Assembly (NCBI GenBank): GCA_028710985.1
Contig: JAQTTB010000001.1
Coordinates: 523,014 to 587,013, forward strand
Length of the DNA: 64,000 bases
Source of the DNA: Patescibacteria group bacterium
Lineage (GTDB): Bacteria; Patescibacteriota; Patescibacteriia; JAHJFT01
Direction: 5' to 3'
Below are positions 31,012-40,551 of this stretch, piece by piece. How positions within the stretch are numbered: position 1 is the stretch's first letter; each line of letters opens with the position of its first letter. The notes beneath the pieces are model-generated. The model searched no databases. It saw only the letters and a program-made list of their open reading frames with translations, and was not told the origin of the DNA. A program made the translations under genes and the position numbers.

Positions 31012-31569
31012 CTAGGGAATAAGGGAGAGCAGCTTGAGCCACTCGGGCTTGATGGTGTCCGCGCCGGTGGGAAACTTGCCGGAGCGGATATTTCCGAGCG
31101 CCTGCTCAAGGCGCGACTTCGTGTTCTCCTCGCTCGCAAGCGTGTGCGTGCTCGGCAGTTTCTTTTTGAAGCCCATGAATTCCTCGTAGGCGGCATATAC
31201 CACGAACTTCGCGCCCTCGGGCTTGGCAACCGGGCTCGGTTCGCTGATCGTCATGCGCACGTAGCCGTACTGGTTATCATCAATGGCCTCGGAATCCATC
31301 CAGTGGCCGCTCCAGAACGGGCCGTCGCCTTCGCGCCGCAGGTAGTAGATGTAGAAATGCGACGATGAGTATATTTTGAAGAAAGCTATGAGGTCGTCTT
31401 CAATGAGCCCCTGGATGACCGAGTCCCCGTAGCGGTCTTTCAGGCCGCCGACGAAATATTTGTCCTCCGTATCGACGTAGAGCTGGCCCGCGAAGTCGAC
31501 GGGCGGATATACTCCTCCGTCATAATTGGCTTCGACGAACTTGCCGCTGACCAAACTTATTTTCAGCAT
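31012..31569 (-). CDS. hypothetical protein
   Basis: Start set at MLKISLVSGKF, preceded by an AGGAGG SD. Confidence 0.5.
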   Translation of the reverse strand: MLKISLVSGKFVEANYDGGVYPPVDFAGQLYVDTEDKYFVGGLKDRYGDSVIQGLIEDDLIAFFKIYSSSHFYIYYLRREGDGPFWSGHWMDSEAIDDNQYGYVRMTISEPSPVAKPEGAKFVVYAAYEEFMGFKKKLPSTHTLASEENTKSRLEQALGNIRSGKFPTGADTIKPEWLKLLSLIP

Positions 31570-31658
31570 GTTTTCCTCCTCGCTGAACAAAGAATATAAT
31601 GCATGAGGCGCGGTGTCAAGCAATTGATTTTTGCCGCGTTTAGTATAAAATACTCAAC

Positions 31659-32675
31659 ATGTTCACCTCTGACTTTAACTACAATCTTCCGCAAGAACTC
31701 ATCGCCCAGTCGCCGGCCCGGCCGCGCGACAGCTCGCGGCTCATGGTTCTCGACCGAAAAACCGGCGCAATCGAGCACCAGCATTTTTATGATTTGCCGG
31801 AATTCCTGAAATCCGGCGATGTTTTGGTATTCAATGAAACCAAAGTTTTCAAGGCGCGGCTCATGGGAAAACTCGGCGGCCGTGAAATTGAAATATTTCT
31901 CTTGCGCGAGCGGGACGGATTATGGCAGGCGCTTGCCCGGCCGGCAAAATTACTTGAAACCGGAGCGGAAATTAATTTTCCGGGTGGTCTCGTCGCCACG
32001 GTCGCGGATAAAGATAGCCAGGGCATCGTGGCAATAAAGTTTAATTTGTCCGAAGACGAACTCATGGCCGCGATTTCGGAGATCGGCAAGGTGCCCACGC
32101 CGCCGTACATAAAAACTTTGGCCGAGCTCGAAGATTATCAGACCGTCTATGCCAAGAATACGGGTTCGGTCGCCGCGCCCACGGCCGGCTTTCATTTCAC
32201 TTCCGAACTTTTGGAAAAATTGAAAACCGCGGGCGTGTCCTTGGAATTTTTGACGCTTCATGTCGGGCTTGGCACATTCCGCCCGGTTCAATCCGAAAAT
32301 CTCGAAGACCACGAAATGCACGCCGAGTTTGTCGAGCTTGACGCCGAAACCGCGGATCGCATCAGCCGGGCGAAGCAGGAGGGGAGGCGAATAATCGCCA
32401 TCGGCACAACCACCACGCGGGCGCTTGAAGGCATTGCCGCTACAAATCACGGCGCGCTTAAAGAATTTCGCGGGGACATAAATATTTTTATCAAACCCGG
32501 TTTTGAATTCAAAATTATTGACGGGCTGATTACCAATTTTCATCTTCCCAAATCAACCCTGCTTGTTTTGGTCTCGGCCTTGGCCGGCCGCGAAAAAATT
32601 CTCGCCGCGTATCAAGAGGCAGTCAATCAAAAATATCGGTTTTATTCTTTCGGCGACGCCATGCTGATTACTTAG
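31659..32675 (+). CDS. queA: S-adenosylmethionine:tRNA ribosyltransferase-isomerase
   Basis: FNYNLPQELIAQSPARPRDSSRLMVL N-terminus; full QueA length. Confidence 0.95.
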   Translation: MFTSDFNYNLPQELIAQSPARPRDSSRLMVLDRKTGAIEHQHFYDLPEFLKSGDVLVFNETKVFKARLMGKLGGREIEIFLLRERDGLWQALARPAKLLETGAEINFPGGLVATVADKDSQGIVAIKFNLSEDELMAAISEIGKVPTPPYIKTLAELEDYQTVYAKNTGSVAAPTAGFHFTSELLEKLKTAGVSLEFLTLHVGLGTFRPVQSENLEDHEMHAEFVELDAETADRISRAKQEGRRIIAIGTTTTRALEGIAATNHGALKEFRGDINIFIKPGFEFKIIDGLITNFHLPKSTLLVLVSALAGREKILAAYQEAVNQKYRFYSFGDAMLIT

Positions 32676-32723
32676 AGACCATGTCTTGCTAAATTCATCT
32701 TTTTCTGCTAACATTACCTAACT

Positions 32724-33761
32724 ATGCAAACCGTTGAATCCGTAACCATGGGCCATCCGGACAAGATCTGCGACCAGATTGCCGATTCAATTTTGGATGA
32801 ATATCTGCGTCGCGATCCGGACGCGCGCGTGGCGATTGAAGTTTTTGGCGGCCATGGCGCGTTGTTTATCGGCGGCGAGGTAACGAGCCGCGAATCTTTT
32901 GATATTTCAAATCTGGCGCTCTCGGTTTACCGCGACATCGGCTACCGCGACGCACTTGAACCGTTCGTAAATATCGAATCCCAGTCTCCGGAAATCGCGT
33001 CCGCGGTTGACGATGGCGGCGCCGGCGACCAGGGCATCATGTACGGTTATGCCACGCTCGAGACTCCGGAGTTTCTTCCGGCCGCCCTGGTCCATGCGCG
33101 CAACCTGACCCGCCGGCTTACCGACCTTTCGCGCAATCACCAGGATTTTTACTGGCTCGGGCCGGACGGCAAGTCGCAGGTCACGGTTCAGGCCGGCCGC
33201 GTTTCCCACGTGGTTGTTTCATCCCAGCACGCCGAGGACATGGAGCTCGCTGAAGTGCGTTCACAAATCAAACAACATGTCGTTACGCCGGTCATCGGAA
33301 ACATTGACGGCGCGGAAATTATCATTAACCCGGCCGGTCCGTTTACCCGCGCCGGATTCTCGGCCGACGCCGGACTCACTGGCCGCAAAATCATGGTTGA
33401 TACCTACGGCGGACTTTTGCCCGCCGGCGGCGGAGCTTTTTCCGGCAAGGACCCTTCCAAGGTTGATCGTTCGGCCGCGTATATGGCGCGTTTTGCCGCC
33501 AAGAACCTGGTGGCCAATGGTTTTGCCAAAAACTGCCTGGTTTCCGTGGCTTATGCCATCGGCCGGGCAGAGCCGGTCATGCTCGCGGCGCGCGACGGCA
33601 AAGGCAGGGACCTCACTGCGGTTCTCAAGGAAAAATTTGACTTCCGGCCAAAGGCAATTATTGAGCGCCTGGATCTCAAGCGCCCGATTTACCGCGACAC
33701 CGCGGCCAACGGCCATTTTGGCCGCGAAGGTTTGTCGTGGGAAGAGGTAGTTAATATTTAA
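32724..33761 (+). CDS. metK: S-adenosylmethionine synthetase (short bacterial form)
   Basis: ESVTMGHPDKICDQIADSILD N-terminal motif; GGGAFSGKDPSKVDRSAAY P-loop-like motif. Confidence 0.9.
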   Translation: MQTVESVTMGHPDKICDQIADSILDEYLRRDPDARVAIEVFGGHGALFIGGEVTSRESFDISNLALSVYRDIGYRDALEPFVNIESQSPEIASAVDDGGAGDQGIMYGYATLETPEFLPAALVHARNLTRRLTDLSRNHQDFYWLGPDGKSQVTVQAGRVSHVVVSSQHAEDMELAEVRSQIKQHVVTPVIGNIDGAEIIINPAGPFTRAGFSADAGLTGRKIMVDTYGGLLPAGGGAFSGKDPSKVDRSAAYMARFAAKNLVANGFAKNCLVSVAYAIGRAEPVMLAARDGKGRDLTAVLKEKFDFRPKAIIERLDLKRPIYRDTAANGHFGREGLSWEEVVNI

Positions 33762-33770
33762 TTTATATTT

Positions 33771-34388
33771 ATGCAAAAAGCTGCTATAATTTTTTTGATA
33801 TTCGGCGCCCTCGCGCTTTCCGGCTGCGGCGAGCCGGTTGAGTATAATATTCCAGAAAATAATAACGACACAACTATGCAAAATGCGCAGACGTATTTTT
33901 TTCCCGGCCGGCTCGCGGACGAAGAGATTAAAAACAAAGTCGTGGTTATCGGAACCGCCAAGGGCGACATCGCGTTCGAGCTTTATGCCGACGAAGCGCC
34001 GCTTACGGTTTCCAACTTTATTTATCTCGCCAAGGCGGGGTTTTATAACGATCTGACATTTCATCGCGTTGAGCCCGGATTCGTGGTCCAGGGCGGCGAT
34101 CCGTCCGGCAACGGCACCGGCGGCCCGGGCTACACCGTGCCCGCGGAAATCGTGCCGACCCTGAAACACGTGAAGGGCGCGGTCGCCATGGCGCGGCTTC
34201 CTGACCAGGTTAATCCGGAGAAAGCCTCAAGCGGCAGCCAATTTTACATAACTCTCGATGAAACGTCATTTCTCGACGGCCAGTATACGATTTTCGGTAA
34301 GGTGATTGACGGCATGGCCGTTGTTGAAAAAATTCAAATTGGCGACAAAATAACTTCGATTAAAATCCAGGACAAAGAATCTAATTAA
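33771..34388 (+). CDS. cyclophilin-type peptidyl-prolyl isomerase, lipoprotein
   Basis: Lipobox LALSGC; cyclophilin core (FHRVEPGFVVQGGDP, SQFYITL). Confidence 0.9.
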   Translation: MQKAAIIFLIFGALALSGCGEPVEYNIPENNNDTTMQNAQTYFFPGRLADEEIKNKVVVIGTAKGDIAFELYADEAPLTVSNFIYLAKAGFYNDLTFHRVEPGFVVQGGDPSGNGTGGPGYTVPAEIVPTLKHVKGAVAMARLPDQVNPEKASSGSQFYITLDETSFLDGQYTIFGKVIDGMAVVEKIQIGDKITSIKIQDKESN

Positions 34389-34391
34389 TTT

Positions 34392-34415
34392 TGCCCGACC
34401 TGCCTGCCGGCAGGC
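34392..34415. repeat. minimal CCTGCCTGC...GCAGGCAGG palindrome (same termini as the 49-bp element at 52138 and 59834)
   Basis: CCTGCCTGCCGGCAGGCAGG, perfect 20-nt inverted repeat between PPIase and the next gene. Confidence 0.5.
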
Positions 34416-34426
34416 AGGTTCACCGT

Positions 34427-35572
34427 ATGACCAAGAGGCCGCCATTTTTTAGCAAACCATCCAGGATCATTCTCTGGGTTGCGATTTGCGCGACTGTAAT
34501 TTTTTCAATTTATATTCTTGTCATGCCCAAGGGAAGTACGAAGCAGATCGAGCTCGTGAGCCTCCCAAAGAGAATGCCCACGCCCGAAGAGGTGCGTGGG
34601 ATTTATGTTACTTCGTTCATCGCCGCCCAGCCCGAATTGCGCCAGGAGCTCGTAAATCTCGTTGACCGTACCGACCTCAATACAATGGTTATTGATATCA
34701 AAGATGCCTTAGGCAACCTTGCGTTTGAACCGCGCCGGCCGACTTTCCGCGATATCGGACGCTCCGATATGCAGATAACCGATTTTAGCGAATGGCTTGC
34801 GGACTTGCATGACCGCGGCATCTATACGGTGGCGCGCATGCCGGTTTTTCAGGACGAGGCGCTGGCCCAGGTGCATCCCGAGTGGGCGATTCGCCGGCAG
34901 AGCGGCGGGGTCTGGCATGACTGGCAAGGCAAGGCCTGGATCGATCCGGGCTCCCAGGAAGCCTGGGAGTACATCGCCGACACGGCGCGTGAGGCCTATG
35001 ACCTTGGTTTTGATGAAGTGAATTTTGACTATATCCGCTTTCCTTCGGACGGGGATCTCTCGCAGATTGTATATACCTATCACCGCAACGATGAAAGACG
35101 CAAATATGTCACCATGGAGGAATTCTATGAATGGCTGGACTCGGAGTTGAACTATCTGCCGATCCCGTTGTCTGTCGATCTTTTCGGGCTAACGTATGTC
35201 AAACAGAATCAGGAAGACGATATGAATATCGGCCAGCGCATCGCCGATGCGATTGAACATTTTGAATATATCTGCCCCATGGTTTACGCGAGCCATTATC
35301 CGGCTGGATTTTTGGGATATGAAAACCCGGCGGAACATCCGTACGAAATCGTGAAAGACAGTCTGACTATCGGCGCGGAAATCATCCAGGAATACGGCGG
35401 CGATCCGCATCAGTCGCGGCCGTGGATTCAGGATTTTAACATGGGTGCGGATTACACGCCGGAAATGGTGCGCGGTCAGATTAATGCCGAGCGTGAAGTT
35501 GGTGCAAGTGGTTTCGTCGCCTGGAACGCGCGCAACATTTACTCCGAAGAGGCTTTTAAAAATCTTGAATAA
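34427..35572 (+). CDS. membrane-anchored putative glycoside-hydrolase-like protein (DUF4015-like)
   Basis: Start set at MTKRPPFF after the palindrome. TM anchor, then a TIM-barrel-like GIYVTS...MVIDIKD...RFPSDG pattern. Family assignment is from memory. Confidence 0.45.
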   Translation: MTKRPPFFSKPSRIILWVAICATVIFSIYILVMPKGSTKQIELVSLPKRMPTPEEVRGIYVTSFIAAQPELRQELVNLVDRTDLNTMVIDIKDALGNLAFEPRRPTFRDIGRSDMQITDFSEWLADLHDRGIYTVARMPVFQDEALAQVHPEWAIRRQSGGVWHDWQGKAWIDPGSQEAWEYIADTAREAYDLGFDEVNFDYIRFPSDGDLSQIVYTYHRNDERRKYVTMEEFYEWLDSELNYLPIPLSVDLFGLTYVKQNQEDDMNIGQRIADAIEHFEYICPMVYASHYPAGFLGYENPAEHPYEIVKDSLTIGAEIIQEYGGDPHQSRPWIQDFNMGADYTPEMVRGQINAEREVGASGFVAWNARNIYSEEAFKNLE

Positions 35573-35578
35573 AAAAAG

Positions 35579-35606
35579 TACGGGTAGCATATATGCGACC
35601 CGTACT
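35579..35606. terminator. bidirectional hairpin terminator (GCATATATGC-loop family)
   Basis: GTACGGGTAGCATATATGCGACCCGTAC flanked by A7 and T8. Confidence 0.6.
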
Positions 35607-35610
35607 TTTT

Positions 35611-37233
35611 TTAATATAATTCTTCTTTTTTCTCTTTGAAGAAATTCACAAAATCTTCAAGCGATTCAATGAGCGCCTTGAACGGCGCTTCAATTATAAC
35701 GTCAAAGATAAATATAAAGAAGTTGATTTTTACGGATTTGAGCGACAGCCATCGGCCGAGCCGGACAATCGGCAAAAAGAGCAGGTCAAAAATCAAAGTT
35801 ATGATATTGCCGCTCGAGCGAATGACGATAAGTTCGTGCGCACTTTGCCGGATTCTGACCCCGAAAAAGCTGATTAAGCTCAGGAACACAATGAATATCG
35901 CGCCGCTCGCGATATTGAATTCAAGTCGGCGCAACCCGTAAATGATAAGTCCAAGGACTCCGACAAAAACCACGGCGTAGATAATATTAAAAATGAAAGT
36001 TACAATCGGGCTGCGGCGCACCACGGTTTGCATGACGATTTTCCCCTGCTCTTCGGGGCTCTTAAAAATTATTTCGCGTAAACCGTCAACGATTTTTTCC
36101 GTGTTCTTTTTGGAAGGAACACGCACCGTCGCGCCGAGGAAGAACATGAGGAGCGGCGGGAAGAGTACGTTTATAGTAACCGGAATGTAGCGGAATTCAT
36201 GGGCGATATAAATATCAAACGGTACCTCGAGGAGAACCGCAAGCACCATTTTTGTGAGAAAAATATAGATCACACTGCGCACCATGCTGCGGCGCAGTTT
36301 GCTCCGGGATTCGTGATAACGGCTGTCGCAGGATTTCCGTATTTCTGAAAAAAACGCTTCTTCCGGACGGAAGGCTGTGCGCGCGAGTTCCGGCTTCTCG
36401 AGGAGTACATCCCGCAGAATGTCGAAAAACACCGTATGCTGCCGGAAGATGCGCAACATTTTTTCGCCGACCGGTTTAACGGCGATGGATTCAATCATTT
36501 TTATTATTTTTTCAAATTCGCGTGCGTAATTTTCTAAATTCTGCTCGCTTGGGGATGACCATTCGGGCCACATCTTTCTTATCATTTCGTAGCGGATGAT
36601 GCCCATGTCGGCTTTCCAGAGAGAACGGAGGTTTGCCACAAAAAGGAGGTAGTCTTTTTCCAGCTCACTCACGCGCAGATCCACGAAATGAACTTTATTG
36701 CTGACCGTCTGCAGCATGAACTGGAGAAGCGCGCGTTCGCGGTCCTTGGGCAGGAGAAGATCCTCAATTTCCGCGGCCGCGGCGCTCCAGAGCCAGTCGA
36801 TATTGCTCCGGTTGTAGGCGCGCGGGTCGGTTTCATTGATTTTTTCTAAAAGAAAAAAATACTTGGAGAGCACCTGCTCTATTTCAAGTATCTTTGTTTC
36901 CGGCACCGTATTATTTTTAAGATATCCGCCGCGGATAAGTTCGTAGGTCAGCGGCCGCGCGATTTCCTGGGATTCAACCCCCGGATAGATGCGGCGTTTG
37001 AGTATCCTCTGGATTGCATTTTTCCGGAGCAGATGGTCGTCCTTATAGTCAACAATGTTGCGGAATCTTTCGTAGACATAGGCAAGCGCGCCGATGATTA
37101 CGTTCACCTGAATCTTTGCGGCACTGGGAGCCGATTCGCCGGCGTGCATTGCCCGTACGTATGAGCTTAAAAATTTTTCCACCAGGGGATATAACTTTAT
37201 GGCCGAGGTGTTTTGCTGATTTGGAATCATCAT
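35611..37233 (-). CDS. hypothetical large protein with C-terminal multi-TM domain
   Basis: 540-aa ORF. N-terminal soluble half and C-terminal half with about five hydrophobic helices. Confidence 0.5.
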   Translation of the reverse strand: MMIPNQQNTSAIKLYPLVEKFLSSYVRAMHAGESAPSAAKIQVNVIIGALAYVYERFRNIVDYKDDHLLRKNAIQRILKRRIYPGVESQEIARPLTYELIRGGYLKNNTVPETKILEIEQVLSKYFFLLEKINETDPRAYNRSNIDWLWSAAAAEIEDLLLPKDRERALLQFMLQTVSNKVHFVDLRVSELEKDYLLFVANLRSLWKADMGIIRYEMIRKMWPEWSSPSEQNLENYAREFEKIIKMIESIAVKPVGEKMLRIFRQHTVFFDILRDVLLEKPELARTAFRPEEAFFSEIRKSCDSRYHESRSKLRRSMVRSVIYIFLTKMVLAVLLEVPFDIYIAHEFRYIPVTINVLFPPLLMFFLGATVRVPSKKNTEKIVDGLREIIFKSPEEQGKIVMQTVVRRSPIVTFIFNIIYAVVFVGVLGLIIYGLRRLEFNIASGAIFIVFLSLISFFGVRIRQSAHELIVIRSSGNIITLIFDLLFLPIVRLGRWLSLKSVKINFFIFIFDVIIEAPFKALIESLEDFVNFFKEKKEELY

Positions 37234-37357
37234 ATTTTGCTTAAAATATAATCCAAATCCGGTCTTTTGTCAATTTAAGTTTTTAGCAGGTGACGATTTT
37301 GCCTTCGGTTAAAATATGTGATAAAATACATTCATAAAAAAATAATTTATTAATAAT

Positions 37358-37654
37358 ATGAGAAAGTTATTTGCATTGTTCACGGTATTCGCGCTCGTTG
37401 CTCTGATGGGCGCCGGCTGCGCTCTCTCAATTTCTCCGGAAGAGAAACCGGTGACCGTGCCGAGCGAAGAGGTGCCCGTGCCCACGGCCGATGAGATTGG
37501 CGAGGTAGATGTTGTCGAAGAAGGCGAGGCCGAAAGCGAGAAGAGCATCGACGAATTGATCGGGGAAGCAGATGGCTTAGAGGAAGAAGCCGCCGGTACT
37601 CTAAATGATCTGCAAAATATTGACGACTCGCAGGATAATAAAGTGAATTTATAA
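37358..37654 (+). CDS. small secreted acidic lipoprotein
   Basis: Signal peptide with lipobox (LMGAGCAL); Glu/Asp-rich body. Confidence 0.5.
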   Translation: MRKLFALFTVFALVALMGAGCALSISPEEKPVTVPSEEVPVPTADEIGEVDVVEEGEAESEKSIDELIGEADGLEEEAAGTLNDLQNIDDSQDNKVNL

Positions 37655-37658
37655 ATAT

Positions 37659-38345
37659 ATGAAAAATAAAATTATTTTCGGTTTCGCGCTCGCGGCCCTT
37701 TCCGCGACGATCGGTTTTTCCGCATTGGCGCTCACTCCGCTGGTCGATGAGCAGACCAAGCTCGACAGCTGGCGTACGCTCGGTCTTAATATGATTGAGA
37801 ATCGCCTCAGCGTTCTTTCTACGGCGGACACTCTTTTGTCTCAGGCCGCGCTTGTTTCCGACCGGGTAAAAGCCGACCTCTCGACCGAGATTCAAAATAA
37901 CGAAGCCAGCCTTAGTGCGCTCAAGGACGAGATCAGCGCCGAAACCGCACTTGACGCCATGAAGCAGAAAGTCGCTTCCATTGTTGAGCAATACCGAATT
38001 TACATCGTCGTGCTTCCCAAAACATATGGTTTCGCCACGGCGAGCCGTTTCCGCTCCCTTGAGGCCAAGGTGGATGTCTTAGCCGACAAGATTGAAGAAG
38101 AATCCGTGGATGACTCAAGTGAGGCAAAGTCGCTGATCGAGCAGGCGCGGAATCTCTTGGTTTTGGCTGAACAGAAAATTGATTTAGCGGAACAGAAATA
38201 CAGCGCCATGAGCGTGGAAAATTATCTGCAGGCCGCGGCATTGAATTTTGAAGCGCGTGCTTATCTCATTGAAGTAAAGGGCTATCTGCACGATGCCCTT
38301 GCCAAGGTAAAGCAGGCTGTGGACATACTAAAATCCGGCGAATAA
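37659..38345 (+). CDS. secreted coiled-coil protein
   Basis: Signal peptide, then heptad-rich sequence. Confidence 0.5.
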   Translation: MKNKIIFGFALAALSATIGFSALALTPLVDEQTKLDSWRTLGLNMIENRLSVLSTADTLLSQAALVSDRVKADLSTEIQNNEASLSALKDEISAETALDAMKQKVASIVEQYRIYIVVLPKTYGFATASRFRSLEAKVDVLADKIEEESVDDSSEAKSLIEQARNLLVLAEQKIDLAEQKYSAMSVENYLQAAALNFEARAYLIEVKGYLHDALAKVKQAVDILKSGE

Positions 38346-38355
38346 TTAAATGAAA

Positions 38356-38380
38356 AATGCCCCGAGTCTATCGCGGGCAT
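38356..38380 (+). terminator. intrinsic terminator (conserved-loop family GAGYYTATCG)
   Basis: ATGCCCCGAGTCTATCGCGGGCAT followed by a T7 run. Confidence 0.6.
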
Positions 38381-38460
38381 TTTTTTGTCGGCCGGGTGAT
38401 TGACATTTTTCCGCCGTTATGGTTAGGTTTAATCAGCACTTTGAGAAGGAGGGACGTTTC

Positions 38461-38946
38461 ATGGATCCGACAGAAAATCCGAAAAAGAATCCGGCAACCT
38501 GTCCGCACGCTTCGATGCATGAAATCACTTTCGGCAATATTTGCGACGATTGCGGTCTCGTCTTTCCGGGCGACGTGTTTCTCGACGAACTCCGTTGGGC
38601 CGTGGAAAATAATGCCACGCCGCCCTGCCCGGTTTGCGGCCAAGACCTTTCGCTGGTCGAGGATCAGGGAGGAGTCTTCGTCTGTGGCCACTGCAATAAT
38701 CGGACCGAATATCCCAAAGATATTGGCAAGATAATCCTCGCAATTAAAGACCCGTCTTTCAAAAGTCGCACATTCTACCCCCTCGTCGACCGCGTTCGCT
38801 TGCTCGCGAGGTGTCCCTATTGTGAGAAGGACAGGCTGGGACGCATCGCCGAGCTCGCGGTCAAGTGCTTGGATTGCGGACTGACGATCCGCCGTTGTCC
38901 AGACGGGGACGATCTAGTATTCGAGTTCTTCTTCTCCAGGAAATAA
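38461..38946 (+). CDS. Cys-rich multi-zinc-ribbon protein
   Basis: Five CxxC pairs (CDDCG, CPVCG, CGHCN, CPYCE, CLDCG). AAGGAGGG SD before the ATG at 38461. Confidence 0.5.
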   Translation: MDPTENPKKNPATCPHASMHEITFGNICDDCGLVFPGDVFLDELRWAVENNATPPCPVCGQDLSLVEDQGGVFVCGHCNNRTEYPKDIGKIILAIKDPSFKSRTFYPLVDRVRLLARCPYCEKDRLGRIAELAVKCLDCGLTIRRCPDGDDLVFEFFFSRK

Positions 38947-39046
38947 TCGAACAGCCGAACGGTCACCCCGATCGGCTGATTTTTTTTGCTAATAATGCCG
39001 AAAGTTGGTATAATATAATCAAATTAATTCAATAATAATCCACCTT

Positions 39047-39301
39047 ATGACGCAAAACATTCTTGATATTACATCCGGCGATTGGCTCGCTTTCAGCGGG
39101 GCATCCGTCCTGATGATTGTTCTCATCATCTGGGCTCTTTTCTGGAAGGGCTGGGCGCTTTGGCGCGCCGCGCGCAACGGGCACAAGATCTGGTACATCG
39201 CGCTATTAATTCTTAACACAGTCGGCATCCTGGAGATACTCTATATTTTTATCTGGGGAAAGTCCAAGAGCGAAAAGCCGGGCATTCCGCCGGCCGCATA
39301 A
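39047..39301 (+). CDS. small two-TM membrane protein
   Basis: 84-aa ORF with two hydrophobic helices. A terminator follows at 39314-39345 (CCCTGAGTTTATCGAAGGG, same loop family). Confidence 0.4.
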   Translation: MTQNILDITSGDWLAFSGASVLMIVLIIWALFWKGWALWRAARNGHKIWYIALLILNTVGILEILYIFIWGKSKSEKPGIPPAA

Positions 39302-39385
39302 ATTAATAAATAAAATACCCTGAGTTTATCGAAGGGTATTTTTATTAAAAAAAGGCCGTCCCAAGGAGGGAGCGGCAGAGCGCGG

Positions 39386-39598
39386 TTAGCTGTGGATTCT
39401 TATCGCGATGTGCGACGGAATCGCCATGGCTAACCCGACGAGCATGACAAGGATCAGGAACCAGCGCGCTGTTTCCGGATCCACGAAGATGTAGGCGATA
39501 AATCCGCCGAATGTTGCGAAGATGCCTACAAACCGGATGGCATGGAGCAGTGCAGTCCGAGTACCTTCACTTCGCGACCTCGCATCCAGGTTGTTCAT
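39386..39598 (-). CDS. small membrane protein
   Basis: 70-aa ORF with two hydrophobic helices. Confidence 0.35.
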   Translation of the reverse strand: MNNLDARSRSEGTRTALLHAIRFVGIFATFGGFIAYIFVDPETARWFLILVMLVGLAMAIPSHIAIRIHS

Positions 39599-39684
39599 TC
39601 CTACCTCCTTTTCTCGGACAAGGATAGAGGATACACTATTTTCGTATTTTTGTCAATCCTCCGGACAAATGGTAGAATTAAACC

Positions 39685-40551
39685 ATGTTTATTTATCTTA
39701 TCCAAATAGTCTGTTTCGTGCTCTTCGGCGTTCTGGCAGTAATCGCGCTGCGCCGCCGTGAGCTTTGGACTTTGTTCGTGGCGACGATTTACGCCGCTTT
39801 TTTTGAAAATCTCGACATCATCATTTCCCGCGGAGAGTTTGGCAGTTACACCTATGATCCCCATCTTATCCTCATCGTCATTCAAACCCCGCTTTTTGTC
39901 ATTCTGTCCTGGGGCATAATTTTTTACTCATCATTCCTGCTTGCGAAAGGGCTGACCCGAAAGTTTTGGATTCAGGCGCTCTCCGTGCCTCTTCTCGCAA
40001 CAATTATAGATTTGACCATGGATCCGGTGGCCACACGGCTTGGGTTGTGGTCATGGCAGGGCTATGGCGCGCACGACGGCATTCTCGGCGTGCCGCTCGC
40101 GAATTTCATGGGCTGGTATCTCGTAGTGTTTGCACTCATGATCACCTTGCGCCTTATCGGTCACATTGATTTTTTGGGACGAACGGGCCGCAATGTCATC
40201 ATGCCAATTTTTTCCTGCGGGCTTTTTTTTATTTTTTTCGCTGCGTTCAGTTTTACGGCCAATGCGTTCGGCCTGAATATTTCAAATCAGTTTAATTTTA
40301 TCCAATTTTTCTTTCCGCCGGTTGCGGCGGCTTGCATTATCGGTTGGATATTATTTCCGGGAAAAATCAGCATCAGTCGTAGCCATCTTTTTTGGATGTA
40401 TGCATCGCGTGGGCTTTTCTACATATTTTCGGTTTACGGATTAATCGCTCTGGGCTTCTGGAAAGAGCCGGTGTTCATTATTCTGCTGGTCTTCTCGCTG
40501 GTTATCGAAATCATTGCAGGTATAAAATTTAAAATAAATGCCAAGACTTAG
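39685..40551 (+). CDS. hypothetical polytopic membrane protein
   Basis: 288 aa with seven or eight predicted helices. Confidence 0.5.
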   Translation: MFIYLIQIVCFVLFGVLAVIALRRRELWTLFVATIYAAFFENLDIIISRGEFGSYTYDPHLILIVIQTPLFVILSWGIIFYSSFLLAKGLTRKFWIQALSVPLLATIIDLTMDPVATRLGLWSWQGYGAHDGILGVPLANFMGWYLVVFALMITLRLIGHIDFLGRTGRNVIMPIFSCGLFFIFFAAFSFTANAFGLNISNQFNFIQFFFPPVAAACIIGWILFPGKISISRSHLFWMYASRGLFYIFSVYGLIALGFWKEPVFIILLVFSLVIEIIAGIKFKINAKT